Made by a program: the position numbers and the translations under genes. From Felis catus (taxonomy: Eukaryota), in assembly GCF_018350175.1 (NCBI RefSeq), contig NC_058369.1, positions 2,420,001-2,484,000 on the forward strand: a DNA stretch of 64,000 nt, in the 5' to 3' direction. Position 1 is the stretch's first letter; the number at the start of each line of letters is the position of its first letter. Under the pieces are notes generated by a model that had not been told where the DNA came from, did not search any database, and saw only the letters and a program-made list of their open reading frames with translations. Below, piece after piece: positions 1 to 10,890 of the stretch.

Positions 1-940
1 GCAGGGCCCCCGCTTTCTGTGCCAGTCGTCCCTCGGTGCCTCTACCAAAAGGGCCCTTGTGCCGTGTGTGTATGCGAGGTGTGTGCTGTGGGCCGGCAGT
101 GGGGAACGCAGGGTCCTGGCTGGGTGGGCACCTCCATGTCTTAGCGCCTCTCTGGGGCCCGGATCGCCAGGGAACTGGATTGGGCTCTCAGGGTGACGTG
201 CGCCGCGGGCCTGAGGCACCCAAAGTATTCACTTTTCCCAGAGGGAGCAGTATGCCAAGCACCCCAAAGCCAGAGCCTGGTGCTCCCGGAACCCTGGGAG
301 GGGGGCGGGTGCCGTGCGCCGCGGGGGGTGCGAGACCAGTTCTGTGCCAATGTCAGCGGGGGGGACCACGTGGTCCGGGCCCCTCCCTCGCCCATCTTGT
401 GAGGTTTGTTTGTGTTGTTTTACGCCCTGGTGGACTTTCTCGAGAGTGCGGGCCTCCCGCCCCTCCCGCTGCGTCGTCAGATCCCCAGCAGAGGGGAAGC
501 CGCGCCTGCTCCCAGTGCCAACGCCCCCCCTCCCCCCCCCCCCCCCCCCCGCGGCCGTGCGGGGACCGTGCGGGGATCCTCCGGCAGGCCGCCGGCAGAC
601 GTTCTCCGGTTATACTTGTATATTACACAGGCCTGATTTCAGACGATTTAAACCTTAACCTATTTTAAAGAAGAATATTATATAAAAATACTGTTTTTAA
701 ACCTTTTGTCATTTGAAATGCATGTATTGTGAGCGCTGGGGGATGGGCACGTTAGCTCAATGCCAACGTCCTGGGGCCAAGGCTGCCGAGATCGGGCGGG
801 CTGGACGGCAGGCTTTGCTCATCGTGTCGGGGCCCTGACCCCTTAATCCAGAGATACCTGATGGAAATTGACTTTTCATATCTTTCTCCTGAAATGAATT
901 CTGTTTTAAATTGGAATAAATTCTGTTCCTAAATGCCGTG
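1..940 (+). other. GNA11: Probable distal 3' UTR of GNA11
   Basis: No coding exon here; AU-rich UTR-like blocks (610-730, 860-930) and AATAAA at 915-920. Gene identity is inferred from the known tandem order GNA11-GNA15-S1PR4-NCLN. Confidence 0.6.
915..920 (+). terminator. Polyadenylation signal AATAAA (putative GNA11)
   Basis: ttggAATAAAttctgttcct at the end of an AT-rich block, with U/GU-rich sequence downstream. Confidence 0.55.
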
Positions 941-1433
941 GCCCCCTCTGGCTTATTTCCTGTCGCTGGCCGTGGTGGGTGCTGGGCGGTGCGTTGGTGC
1001 CGAGGGTCTGCAGGGGGCTGCCTGGTGTCTGCGCATCTGGCTGGGACCCCAGCACCTTTGGCCAGGTGTCTGAGCTCCGGGGACCCGTGGCCACAGCTGC
1101 CCCGGGATATGCCTGTGCCTCCGGCCCCGGGCAGCGACTGTGGCATCGGGGCTCCTGCTCTGAGGGCCTCTTTCTGGCCCCTGGCTTCAAGTCCATTTGT
1201 GCTGCGGGACTAGAGCATCGTGCAAGAGTAGCGCCTCCTCACTGGGGGCAGGGGACCGAGGAGCCCGGTTCTGGGCCGGGCTTGCTACTCGCCGTGGGGG
1301 CCGTGGGGGCCGTGGGGGATGCTCTTGTGGAACACGTTCTCCTCCCCCACCTGTATTAGGCCAGTCTCCGCAACCACTCCTTGGATTTTTTCCTTTTTAA
1401 AAAGTGGTAAGTGCACATAAATGTACCATTTGT

Positions 1434-1779
1434 GGGCGCCTGGCTGGCTCAGTCAGTTAAGCATCTGACTCTTGATCTCAGCTCAGGTCTGGGTCTGCGG
1501 CTCATGAGTTCAAGCCCGGCACTGGGCTCTGCACTGGGCATAGAGCCTACTTAAAAGAAACATACTCTTTAAAAAAAAAATTTTTTTTTTTTTGATGTTT
1601 ATTCATTTTTTGAGAGAGCATGAGTGGGGAGGGGCAGAGAGCGCGACACAGAATCCGAAGCAGACTCCAGGCTCTGAGCTGTCCGCACAGAGCCGGACGT
1701 GGGGCTCGAGCTCACGGACCCCAAGATCATGATCTGAGCCGAAGTTGGACGCTTAACCGCTGAGCTGTCCAGTGGCATC
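1434..1779. mobile_element. Two Can-SINEs tail-to-tail (+ 1434-1560; - 1581-1779)
   Basis: tRNA-derived heads (gggcgcctggctggctcagtc and the reverse-strand counterpart) with facing A/T tails. Confidence 0.85.
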
Positions 1780-2380
1780 AAACACACACTGTCGTGCACC
1801 CACCCTCCATCCGTCTCCAGAACTTTCCATCTCCCCAGACTGAGACCCTGTCCCCAGGAAGCACGGACTCCCCACCCCTGGCTCCCACCATCCACTCTCT
1901 GCCTCTGTGGACGGGACTCCTCTAGGGACCCCCTGTGAGTGGGGTCACGCAGGACGTGTCCTGCTGTGTCTGGCTCCTGTCACTGTGCAGTGTCCTCCGG
2001 GTCCATCCACGTGGTGGCAGGCGGCAGGACGTCCTTCCTCGCCGAGGCTGGACGATCATTTTATGGATGAGCCACTTTCTGCTTTACCGTCGGTGGACAC
2101 TCGGGTTATTTCCACGTCTCAGTGACTGGGAATCATGCTGAAGGGGACCTGTGTGTGCAAACATCAGGCTGAGAGCCTGCTTTCCGTTCTAGTGACTACA
2201 GACCGCACCAGCAATCGCCAGATAGCTCACGGTAGTTCTACATTTAGCTTTTTGAAGAACCACCAACCCGTTTCCACAGCGGCCGCCCCGTTTCACACTC
2301 CCACCGGCCGTGTCCAAGGCGTTCAGTCTGCACGGCCTCCTCCAGCTTTCTGCACTTGCTCATCAGTGGGATAGGCCTTG
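1780..2380 (-). mobile_element. Old L1 (L1M-type) 3' end remnant
   Basis: Resembles the reverse complement of an L1MB 3' UTR, from recall. Confidence 0.65.
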
Positions 2381-4042
2381 AAGGCTGTGGCACCAGACAC
2401 AGCAGGGAAGCCGGATGGGGAACAATGATGACGTGAGAGGAGGGCACCCCAGGCACGGGGGCACAGCCCGTGCAAACGTCCTGGGGCAGCACTGGGCTCA
2501 CATGTCGGAGGAACAGTGAGAAGGCCCGCGTGGCTGCAGCAGAGTGGGTGAGGGGGAGAGAGGGAGGAGGGGAGGGCAGGAAGGGGCAGGGGCAGGTCTG
2601 CAGGGCCTTGAGAGCCTCAGGAGGACTAGGGCTTTCCCGCCAGAGAGGTGGGAGTCCCGGAGGGCTGCGGGCAGAGGAGGGCCAGACCTGACTCGGGTGC
2701 TCACGGGCGCCCTCCGATGGCCGCCATGGGGAGGACGGACTTGGAGGGATGAAGGCCCGAGCCGGGGATCCACGGCGGAGGGGACTGCTCTGGTCCCCGC
2801 GGGCGTGATGGGGGCTGCACCAGGTGGGGGCAGAGGAGGGGGCAGGATCCAGGAAGTGAGGCGGGGAGGAGAAGGCCCCGCGACGCAGCCGGCGCACCTG
2901 GACGTCATGCCCGCCGCGTCCAGCAGGTGCCGCTCTCGAGCTCTCCGGCCTTCCCGCACACCGGCAGGCTCCGACGCGCGTTTTTCCGCGCGAGGGCCTC
3001 TCCTCCTCCTCTCATGGGGAAACCAAGGCACGGGGTGGCCAGTTCCTTGCCCTGACGGTAGGCCAGCGCTCGCCAGCCATGGGCGCCAGCCGCGGCCGGT
3101 CCAGCGAGGCGCGGACACGAACTAAATGAAAACACACGATCTTTGTTAAAAAAAAAAAGGGGGGGGGGGATTTCAAGACGGAAAACCTGCAGAAACGGGT
3201 TGCTACGCCCACGAAGCCTGCCCCACTGACCTGTCGACGGCCACCTGGGGCTGTGAATGATGCCGCTGTGAACACAGGTACGCAAGTGCCTGGATAGTGC
3301 TTGCCATTCTCCTGGATATAAAACTAGCAGTGAAATCGAGGCAGGAAGACTTTCTCGTCTTCTCCAAAGAAACGATCAGTTAAAAACTTGGTTATCCCAG
3401 CATTGACTCCGGGCCTTTGCGGGGGGGTGGGCAGGACCTGAGGTGTGCCCAAGGGCCGGCGGGGACAGCCGTGGCCCTCAGCGGCCAGCACTCCCGGCAG
3501 CCGAGGACTGGGAGGCACTTGGGAACGATGTACAGATCGTATTCTTGTTGGGCACAAAGGACGCTTGTAAAACCAGAGACGCGGCAAGGCGCGTGCCGTT
3601 CAGGAAACAGGAGACGGAGGGAACGGACGCAGCTCCGTGGCGCATGCGCCGTGGCCAAAGCCAGGCCCTGGGAAACCCCTTCTAAGCCACCGTTCCGCAG
3701 TTAGGTCTCTCTCCGCGCAAGGTCGCCCCTACGGTCACCAGCGGCCTGGGCCACATGTCCACCGCTGGCCCGCTCGCTGCAGCCCAGGCTGAAATTTAAC
3801 CGGGCGCCCGTCAGCGGTCCAGGGTGGCTAGCGCGGCCTGGGGACCGTGGTTAGTGACACTGTACCGCACAGGTGAACGTGGATGAGAGGGGATCTTAGA
3901 AGCCTTCATCCCGGGAAAACAAAATGTCCCCTAACGAGACCCCTCGTGTGATGGTTTCTCGATGGGCACAAATATCGGATCGTCACGCTGTACATCTGAA
4001 ACGAACGCGAAATTACATGCCTGCTTAAAATAGATAAGCGTT

Positions 4043-4167
4043 GGGGCGCCTGGGTGGCTCAGTCCGTTGAACGGCCGACTCTTGATCTCTGCTCAGGTCA
4101 TGATCCGGGCGTCGTCTCTCCCTTTCTGCCCATCCCCCCGCTCGTGATCTCTCTCTCTCTCTCTCTC

Positions 4168-4227
<60 letters not shown>

Positions 4228-4238
4228 AAATAAATAAA
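4043..4238 (+). mobile_element. Internally deleted Can-SINE with A-rich/(TA)n tail
   Basis: ggggcgcctgggtggctcagtc head, CT run, poly-A then TA repeat. Confidence 0.85.
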
Positions 4239-4259
4239 TGAAAAGACTGCCATCTCTCG

Positions 4260-4540
4260 ACCGAATTGTCATTGTATTTACCAAAAATCACATCACCATA
4301 TTGATCCGAGTCTATGCGGTCGATGGTGGTGTTCAGATCTTCTATATTCTTGCTAATACTCTGCCCACTTATTCTACTGATTACGGAGAGAGGGGTGTCA
4401 ACGTTTGGGAGCAGATTTGTGGATCTGCGGATTTCTCCTTTCAGGCCTTTCGTATTTTGCTTTTCTGTGCCTCGTGCATACACGCTCCGGGGGCCATGTC
4501 CTCTGTGAATTGATTCTCTTATGTAATGTCCCTCTTTGCT
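4260..4540 (-). mobile_element. L1 ORF2 endonuclease-region remnant
   Basis: Translation LKGEIRRSTNLLPNVDTPLSVISRISGQSISKNIEDLNTTIDRID resembles L1 ORF2p LKGEIDSSTIIVGDFNTPLS...KDIEDLNNTI. Confidence 0.8.
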
Positions 4541-4659
4541 TCCTGGCTTTTTTTTTTTTTTTTTTATTTAAATTTAAGCTAGGTTTTTAAAATTTACTTA
4601 TTTACATAACAGTTTCTAAAAATGTATTTATTTTTTTTAAAGAAACTAACACTTTAATT

Positions 4660-4837
4660 TTTTCATGTTTATTTTTGAGAGAGAGAGAGCGAGTGAGCAG
4701 GGGAGGGGCAGAGAGAGGGGGACCCCAGGCTCTGTGCTGACAGCAGAGACATCGATGTGGGGCTCAAACCCCCCAACCATGAGATCGTGACCTGAGCTGA
4801 AGTCGATGCTTAACCCACTGAGCCACCCAGCCGCCCC
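4660..4837 (-). mobile_element. Can-SINE
   Basis: T-tail, GA run, ends ...gagccacccagccgcccc. Confidence 0.85.
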
Positions 4838-5257
4838 TAAAGTTATGTCTTTAAATTCAAGTCAGTTTTTTAAATTTATTTGAATTCAAGTTAGTTTTTA
4901 AAAATTTGTTTATTTAAATTCAAGTGAGTTTTTTTCAATTTATGTCTTTAAATTCAAGTTAGTTTTTTTTAATTTACTTATTTAAATTCAGCTTCCTTGC
5001 TTTTCTTTACAAATGTACAGCTGAATTAAGCTACCCTAAAATTTGTGTTTCCTTTTCTCCATTTGTGAACTTTATCTGCGGAGAGCTGCGCAAGATGAAC
5101 TGTGGTGAGTCATTTCTATCTATCACTCAGTGTCACATCTGTGTGACACAGAGTGCTGCGTGTCCTTGTGGGTCGTCAATCCTCACCGCCAGCTGTGGCC
5201 GCAACATTCCTTTGGGTGAATATCCCACATCCGTTCTTTTGTTTTTCTTAAAAAAAA

Positions 5258-5476
5258 TTTTTTTTTAACATTTATTCATTTTTGGGGGTGAGAGAGACAG
5301 AGCATGAGTGAGGGAGGGACAGAGAGAGAGGGAGACACAGAATCCGAAGCGGGCTCCAGGCTCCGAGCTGTCAGCACAGGGCCTGACATGGGGCTCGAAC
5401 TCATGGACCTTGAGATCACGACCTGAGCCGACATCAAGAGTCGGACGCTTGACCGACTCAGCCACCCAGGCTCCCC
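5258..5476 (-). mobile_element. Can-SINE (full length)
   Basis: Complete reverse-strand body ending gccacccaggctcccc. Confidence 0.9.
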
Positions 5477-5479
5477 GAG

Positions 5480-6870
5480 AGACGACAGTCTTTTTAACAA
5501 ATGATGCTGGGACAACTGGACATTCACATGTAGAGGGAGAAGGAGAAGGAAGAGGAAAGGCAGGAAGGGGAGGGGGAAGAGGAGAGAGAGGAGGAGGGGA
5601 AGGGGAGGAGAAGAAGGAGGAAGAGGAGGAGGGAGAAAGAGAGGGAGGGGGAAGAAGGGGAGGGGGAGGAGAAGGAGGAGGAGGGGGAGGAGGGGAAGAA
5701 CCTCTAGTTTCATACAAGAAAGAACTTCGCGTGGTCGTAGCTCTAAATGTAACATGTAAAACAATAGAACTCCCAGAAGAGAAGATCGGAGAACATCTCC
5801 ACCTCCTCGGGTTTGCCAAACAGTTCTCAGATAAAACACCGAAGACATAATCCATAAAGTTAAAAAAAAAAATTGATTCATTGAACCATCATCGAAATTT
5901 AAAACTCCTGCTCCAGGGAAGACACAATTAAGGGGACGGAAACCCGACCTACGGGCTGGGGCATTTGCAAACCACCCGCGCGATAAAGGACTTGCGCCCA
6001 GCCTGCCCAACGGATTTTCAAAACACGGTCATAAGAAAACAAGGCACTGAAAGTACGGCCGCTTCACCGAGAAGCACACACGGATGTCGCGTGCACACAC
6101 GCGAGAGTGTTCAATGCCACTGGTCCCTCAGGGAGACACAGGTGAAATCCATAAGGAGACACACACGTCTGAAAATGGCTAATACTAAAAATACAGACAA
6201 TGCTAAGTGCTGGAGACGACACGGAGCAATTGGACCTCATTCATCGCTGGGGGGGGGGGGTGGCGTGGGGGGGGTGGATGCAGACTGGGGTGGCCACTTG
6301 GGAAACCGATCGCAGTTCCTCACAAAGCTAAACAGTTACCCTGGCCCGGAGATCCCCCTGCTAGAAATTTCTCCCCGAGAAATGAACACGGATGTTCGTC
6401 CGAACCCCGAACACGTGCGTGTGCGGCAGCACTGTTCGTGATCACTGCACCCTAGAAACAACCCCCGTGTGTTCTGTGGGTGAGCACTGCCGTGTGGGGC
6501 CCCACAACCGCTCAGCAGCCGGAAGGAACAGGTCCCCGGTGCACCCCCAGCTTGCAGAGGACGAATCTCAAATGCTCCGTCAAAGAAGCCAGTCTGAAAA
6601 GCTACCTGATACAGCATTCATTTGTGCGACCTCCAGAAAAGTACTTTAGAAATCATAGCAACAAAGATCAGTGGTTTCCGGGGACTGGGGACGAGGCGAG
6701 GGTCTGACGACGAAGGAGTCCCTGGAGGGAGTATTTCTAGGTGGTGGGAGCACATTCCGTCCTCTGTTCGGGTGATAATTTACATGGCTGTGTGCCTTTG
6801 TCAAAATCCCAGAACCGCACACCCAAGAAAGGGAACACGACGCCACGTACATTTCAGAATGAAAACTAAG
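5480..6870 (+). mobile_element. Old L1 ORF2 3' / 3' UTR remnant
   Basis: ttttaacaaatgatgctgggacaactggacattcacatg resembles the L1 FNKWCWDNW motif; ordered downstream L1 landmarks follow. Confidence 0.75.
5532..5700. repeat. GA-rich low-complexity tract
   Basis: Nearly pure purine run interrupting an L1 remnant. Confidence 0.9.
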
Positions 6871-6878
6871 ATAAGTCT

Positions 6879-7069
6879 GGGGGCGCCTGGGTGGCTCAGT
6901 GCAGTTAAGCATCCGACTTTGGCTCAGGTCATGATCTCACCGTTCAGGAGTTCGAGCCCCGCTTTGGGCTCTGCATTGACGATGCAGAGCCTGTGTGGAA
7001 TTCTCTCTCTCTCTCTCCCTCTCTCTCTCTGCCCCTCGCTCACTTGTGCCCTTTCTCTCTTCAAAAGAG

Positions 7070-7112
<43 letters not shown>
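6879..7112 (+). mobile_element. Can-SINE with (GAAA)n tail
   Basis: TSD aagataa(g/a)tct at 6868-6878 and 7113-7123. Confidence 0.9.
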
Positions 7113-7276
7113 AAAGATAAATCTTATTACCAAAAATTACTCCCCAAACATAGAGACACCGTAGGAGTGAGAGCACTGGGGACCGTTGGGCACTTCCTGG
7201 GGCTGGTGACATCTTCAGTCTTCACCTGGGTTCAGATCAAGTGGATGCAAGTTTCACAAGAATTTATTGGCTTACT

Positions 7277-7503
7277 GGGGCGCCTGGGTGGCGCAGTCGG
7301 TTAAGCGTCCGACTTCAGCCAGGTCACGATCTCGCAGTCCGTGGGTTTGAGCCCCGCGTCGGGCTCTGGGCTGATGGCTCAGAGCCTGGAGCCTGTTTCC
7401 GATTCTGTGGCTCCCTCTCTCTCTGCCCCTCCCCCGTTCATGCTCTGTCTCTCTCTGTCCCAAAAATAAATAAAAAACATTGAAAAAAAAATAAAAAAAA
7501 AAA
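7277..7503 (+). mobile_element. Young SINEC_Fc-type Can-SINE
   Basis: Near-consensus body; TSD aagaat(t/g)tattggctta at 7258-7274 and 7504-7520. Confidence 0.92.
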
Positions 7504-8939
7504 AAGAATGTATTGGCTTATATATTCATGCTTTATGCGGTGTGTGTATGTGTGTGTGTGTGTGTGTGTGTGTCTTAAAAATATGCAAGAGCTCGCCCTG
7601 CTATTCCCGAATGAACTAAAACGTGACAGATTCCCGCTGGCGCCTGGCACGGGGTGGGGGGAGGGGAGAAGTTAAGGGAACTGAAAAGGAGATTTATTTT
7701 GAAGCCGGAGAAACTCACGGAGGCCGGGCCTCCGGGGGGATCGAGGACCCCGGCCGTTTGTTCCGAGGGGTGAGCGGGAGCCACAGAAGACGTTAAGCTA
7801 GACCCCATGACACCTGGGTCCCGTCGTGGCGTGCTGGGGGCCTGGTGACCCTCAGGGTCCTGGGCCTGGTGCCCGCATCTGGACCCGGGTCTGTGACTCA
7901 GCCTGGCCTCCGGGTTTTTGCAAGCTGGTTATTTCTGTTCTGCTGTCCCCGGCTCTGCGTGGCTCAGACCTATTTCTGCTTTTCATCTGCCCGGAGGGTG
8001 GAAAGTCACTCAGGCCTCCGGCTTTGGGGAGCATCTCTCCTCACAGCCATCCGGTTGCGGGTGGGGGTGGGGTGGTGAGCGGGGCAGCGCCTGCCAGCCC
8101 CAGTGACCCAACGGGGGCCCTTATCCAACTTCCCATCTGCTGTTCGTTATGAATCAACAGCAAAGAAAACCACACGGGTCTTGCGGGTCTTGCCGGTCTT
8201 GCCGTGGGGGAGGGCTGACGGTTGCTGCTGTGTGACCCCAGGCACATCACTCACCCTCTCTGAGCCTTGCTGGTGCCATCTGAGAGGTGTCCCGAATTAT
8301 GTGTATCTCCAGCGGGAGGGGTTTTCCAGAACTTTCTAGAGCCTTCTAGAACCTCTCAAAGCGGGGTTTCTACCGTCAAACAGGGCAAAGATCTGCTGGA
8401 TTGGAGACAACCCAAGACGTCCCCTTTGGCTGTGAGTGCCCATCCAGAAAGCAGCCATGTGTCACCGTCCTATTTCTAGGGTCTCGGGGGCCCAGAGGGC
8501 AGGGGCAGGTGGCCCCATGGCCTTGTCGGGAAAGTCCCTGAACGGCACGTTCGACCCTCAAGGTCCCCCTGTGGCTAGGCTGCCTGTCCGACCTCCCCCT
8601 CCTGGTGACCTTCCTTGACCCCTATTTAAAGCCCCAACCCAAGCACCCAGCGTGCCCTACCCCCTGCTCTGCTCTCTTTTTCGCTCGGAATGTACCGTCA
8701 TCCAACAGCCTTGAATGTTAAACAGGTATTTCCTTATCTGCGTCTCCATCTAGAATGTTAGGCTTAGTGTTGTCACTTTGCGCCCTGCTGTGCTCGGCAC
8801 TGTCCCTGGCACACAGTGGGCACTCGGTCCTCGTCGGCAGGAAGAAGGAAGCCGCCTGGTCAGCGTTGAGAGCCTGGGGCCCTGTGGGCGACAGCAGACT
8901 CCAGGCCCTGTCTTGTTCTTCCGCCCGGCGCCCGGGCAA

Positions 8940-10150
8940 CTCACTTCCTGGCCCTGTGCCTCGGTTTTGCATGTGCCCATTGGGGATCACGGGAAGTCGG
9001 GGCGCCGTGCACCTGAGACGGCCCCTCCACGGGAGCCCCCTGGCTTCCGCCCGTTTCTGGAAAAGATCCTTATTGGCCTTGCCACGACCTCTCGACCTCC
9101 CCTCACCGGCTCCGCTCCGCGGAGGGGAAGAAGGGGTGTGCCTGAGGCCCGCCTGGAGGCGGCGTCAGAGGCCCCCGGGAGGATGGAGTCCGCCGGTTCT
9201 CCAGAATGAGGAAGGAGGGCCCGGTGGGGCGCTGCGGGGACGCTCACTGCACCCTGTGGTTGGGCCTTTCCTCCCGGCACCCCGCCCTCCCCGGGGGGCA
9301 CCCGCCCTCAACCAGTTTGGCAGGGCAGGCCGGGTCTGGAGATGGGCGGGGAGCCCTGAGCCTCCGCGCCTTCCTGGGCGCCTCCTCCCGCCCCCAGCCG
9401 CCCGCCGGACACCCAGGCCTCGCCGAGCCGGGCGCCGGGCGCTCGAGGCCGGGGAGTCGGCGTCCCCGGGGGTGGCCCCCCCCAAGAAGGGTGCGCGGCC
9501 CCGGTACGCCCGACGGCCGTCCGGGCGGGGAGCCCTCCCCGGGGCGGGGCCATGCCGCCTGGCGCCCGCTGAGGCCCCCACCATGGCCCGCTCGCTGACC
9601 TGGTGCTGCTGCCCCTGCTGCCTGACCGAGGATGAGAAGGCGGCGGCCCGGATCGACCAGGACATCAACAGGCTCCTGCTGGAGCAGAAGAAGAGGGACC
9701 GCGGGGAGCTGAAGCTGCTGCTTCTGGGTGAGCGGGCGGGTGGGGTGCGCACCGGACCCGCCGGGGGCCCCACGGGGCCGGGAGAGCCTGGCCCACTTGG
9801 GGGCGAGAAGTCTAAGGCCCAGGGAGACCAGGTCCTCGCCCCGAGGTGTGGGCAGCGGGCGGCCGGGAGGGGCTTGTGCAGGGGGGGGGAGGGGGGGGCA
9901 GGCCCCGCGTGCCAGGGCGATGAGCCCAGGCGTGCAGCCCGCCCCGGGGCCTCCCCGTCGTCCGCCGAGGGCCCTGCCCCCTGTCTGTCTGCCCCACGCT
10001 GGCCGGGGAGGGCCTGGCCCCCGCCTGCTCTGGCGGGCTCACGGCGGAGTCCCTGGGCCGGGGCACTGCCCACCGGCTGTGACCCACTGGCTCACGGATT
10101 CATTCATTCGAGAAGTATCGACTAACTCTCCGGGCGGGCGCCGCAGCCAC
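8940..10150 (+). promoter_or_regulatory. GNA15 promoter / CpG-rich region
   Basis: CpG-dense around exon 1; ETS core CACTTCCTG at ~8942, RUNX TGTGGTT at 9255-9261, GC box at 9541-9550. Confidence 0.7.
9583..9727 (+). CDS. GNA15: G protein alpha-15/16, coding exon 1
   Basis: Kozak ccaccATGg; MARSLTWCCCPCCLTEDEKAAARIDQDINRLLLEQKKRDRGELKLLLLG; donor G|gtgagc; 145 nt. Confidence 0.97.
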
Positions 10151-10890
10151 GGAGATGGGCGATGTCCCTGCCTCCGGGGACCTCATCTTGCCCACAGGGA
10201 GACAGACGGCCCAGAAGCCAATAAGCAGAGAGAGAATTTCCGGCGGCAAGAAGAGTGAGGAGGAAAATAAACCAGGGTGGAAGGGAAGAGTGACGGGGGC
10301 GGCAGGTCGTAAGGCTCCAAGGTTGTGGCCTCCCAAAGCGCAGAGTCTTGTCCCCAACGCGTGTCCACTCCCTCCACCCCTAGGGCCCTGCGGGCCTCCC
10401 CTCCGGAGGCCAGCCTCAGAGGGGCTCCCGGGACATCCTGAGCCCTGGGGGGGGGGGGAGACACCAGGGAAGGTCTCGGGTGTCCGGAAGTCACATCTGC
10501 CTGCCCTGGGCCAGGAGGCCGGCCATCCGTATGGTGGCCTCACTCTTCCCTGCCTCCGAGGTGGGGGGGCAGAGGAGGGTGTAGAAGCCTGGGGCCCCCA
10601 AGATTGCACCTTAATTAGGGCCCTCCTGACTCTAGTCTTTTATGGAAAAGACATTCCCCCCCCCCATTTAGTTTTCCAAGGAACCTGGCATGGGGGCGGT
10701 CTCAAGTCCAGCCGATGGCCCCGTGGCTGGCCCCTCAGACCCCAACTCCTGCAACTTCCTCCTGCGATCCTTTGACACAGGCCCTTGCCTTCTCTGCTTT
10801 TTTCAATTATTTCATTTTCCTGAAGCTTCGGTAAAATCGTCAGTGAGGCTATCTGAGCCTGGAAGGTTTTAATTAAAAATTTAATTACTT

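Noticed and set aside
5265..6010. Pro-, Leu- or Glu/Gly-rich ORFs of 180-244 aa
   Set aside because: Composite of SINE, purine tract and L1 debris.
7277..7370. tRNA-like sequence with A/B boxes
   Set aside because: tRNA-derived head of a Can-SINE, not a tRNA gene; the same applies to all copies.
8620..8630. TATA-like ctatttaaa upstream of GNA15
   Set aside because: About 950 nt from the ATG and in sequence resembling an L2 remnant.
8755..10125. 456-aa ORF spanning GNA15 exon 1
   Set aside because: Only 9583-9727 is G-alpha sequence; the flanks are low-complexity GC-rich read-through of promoter and intron.
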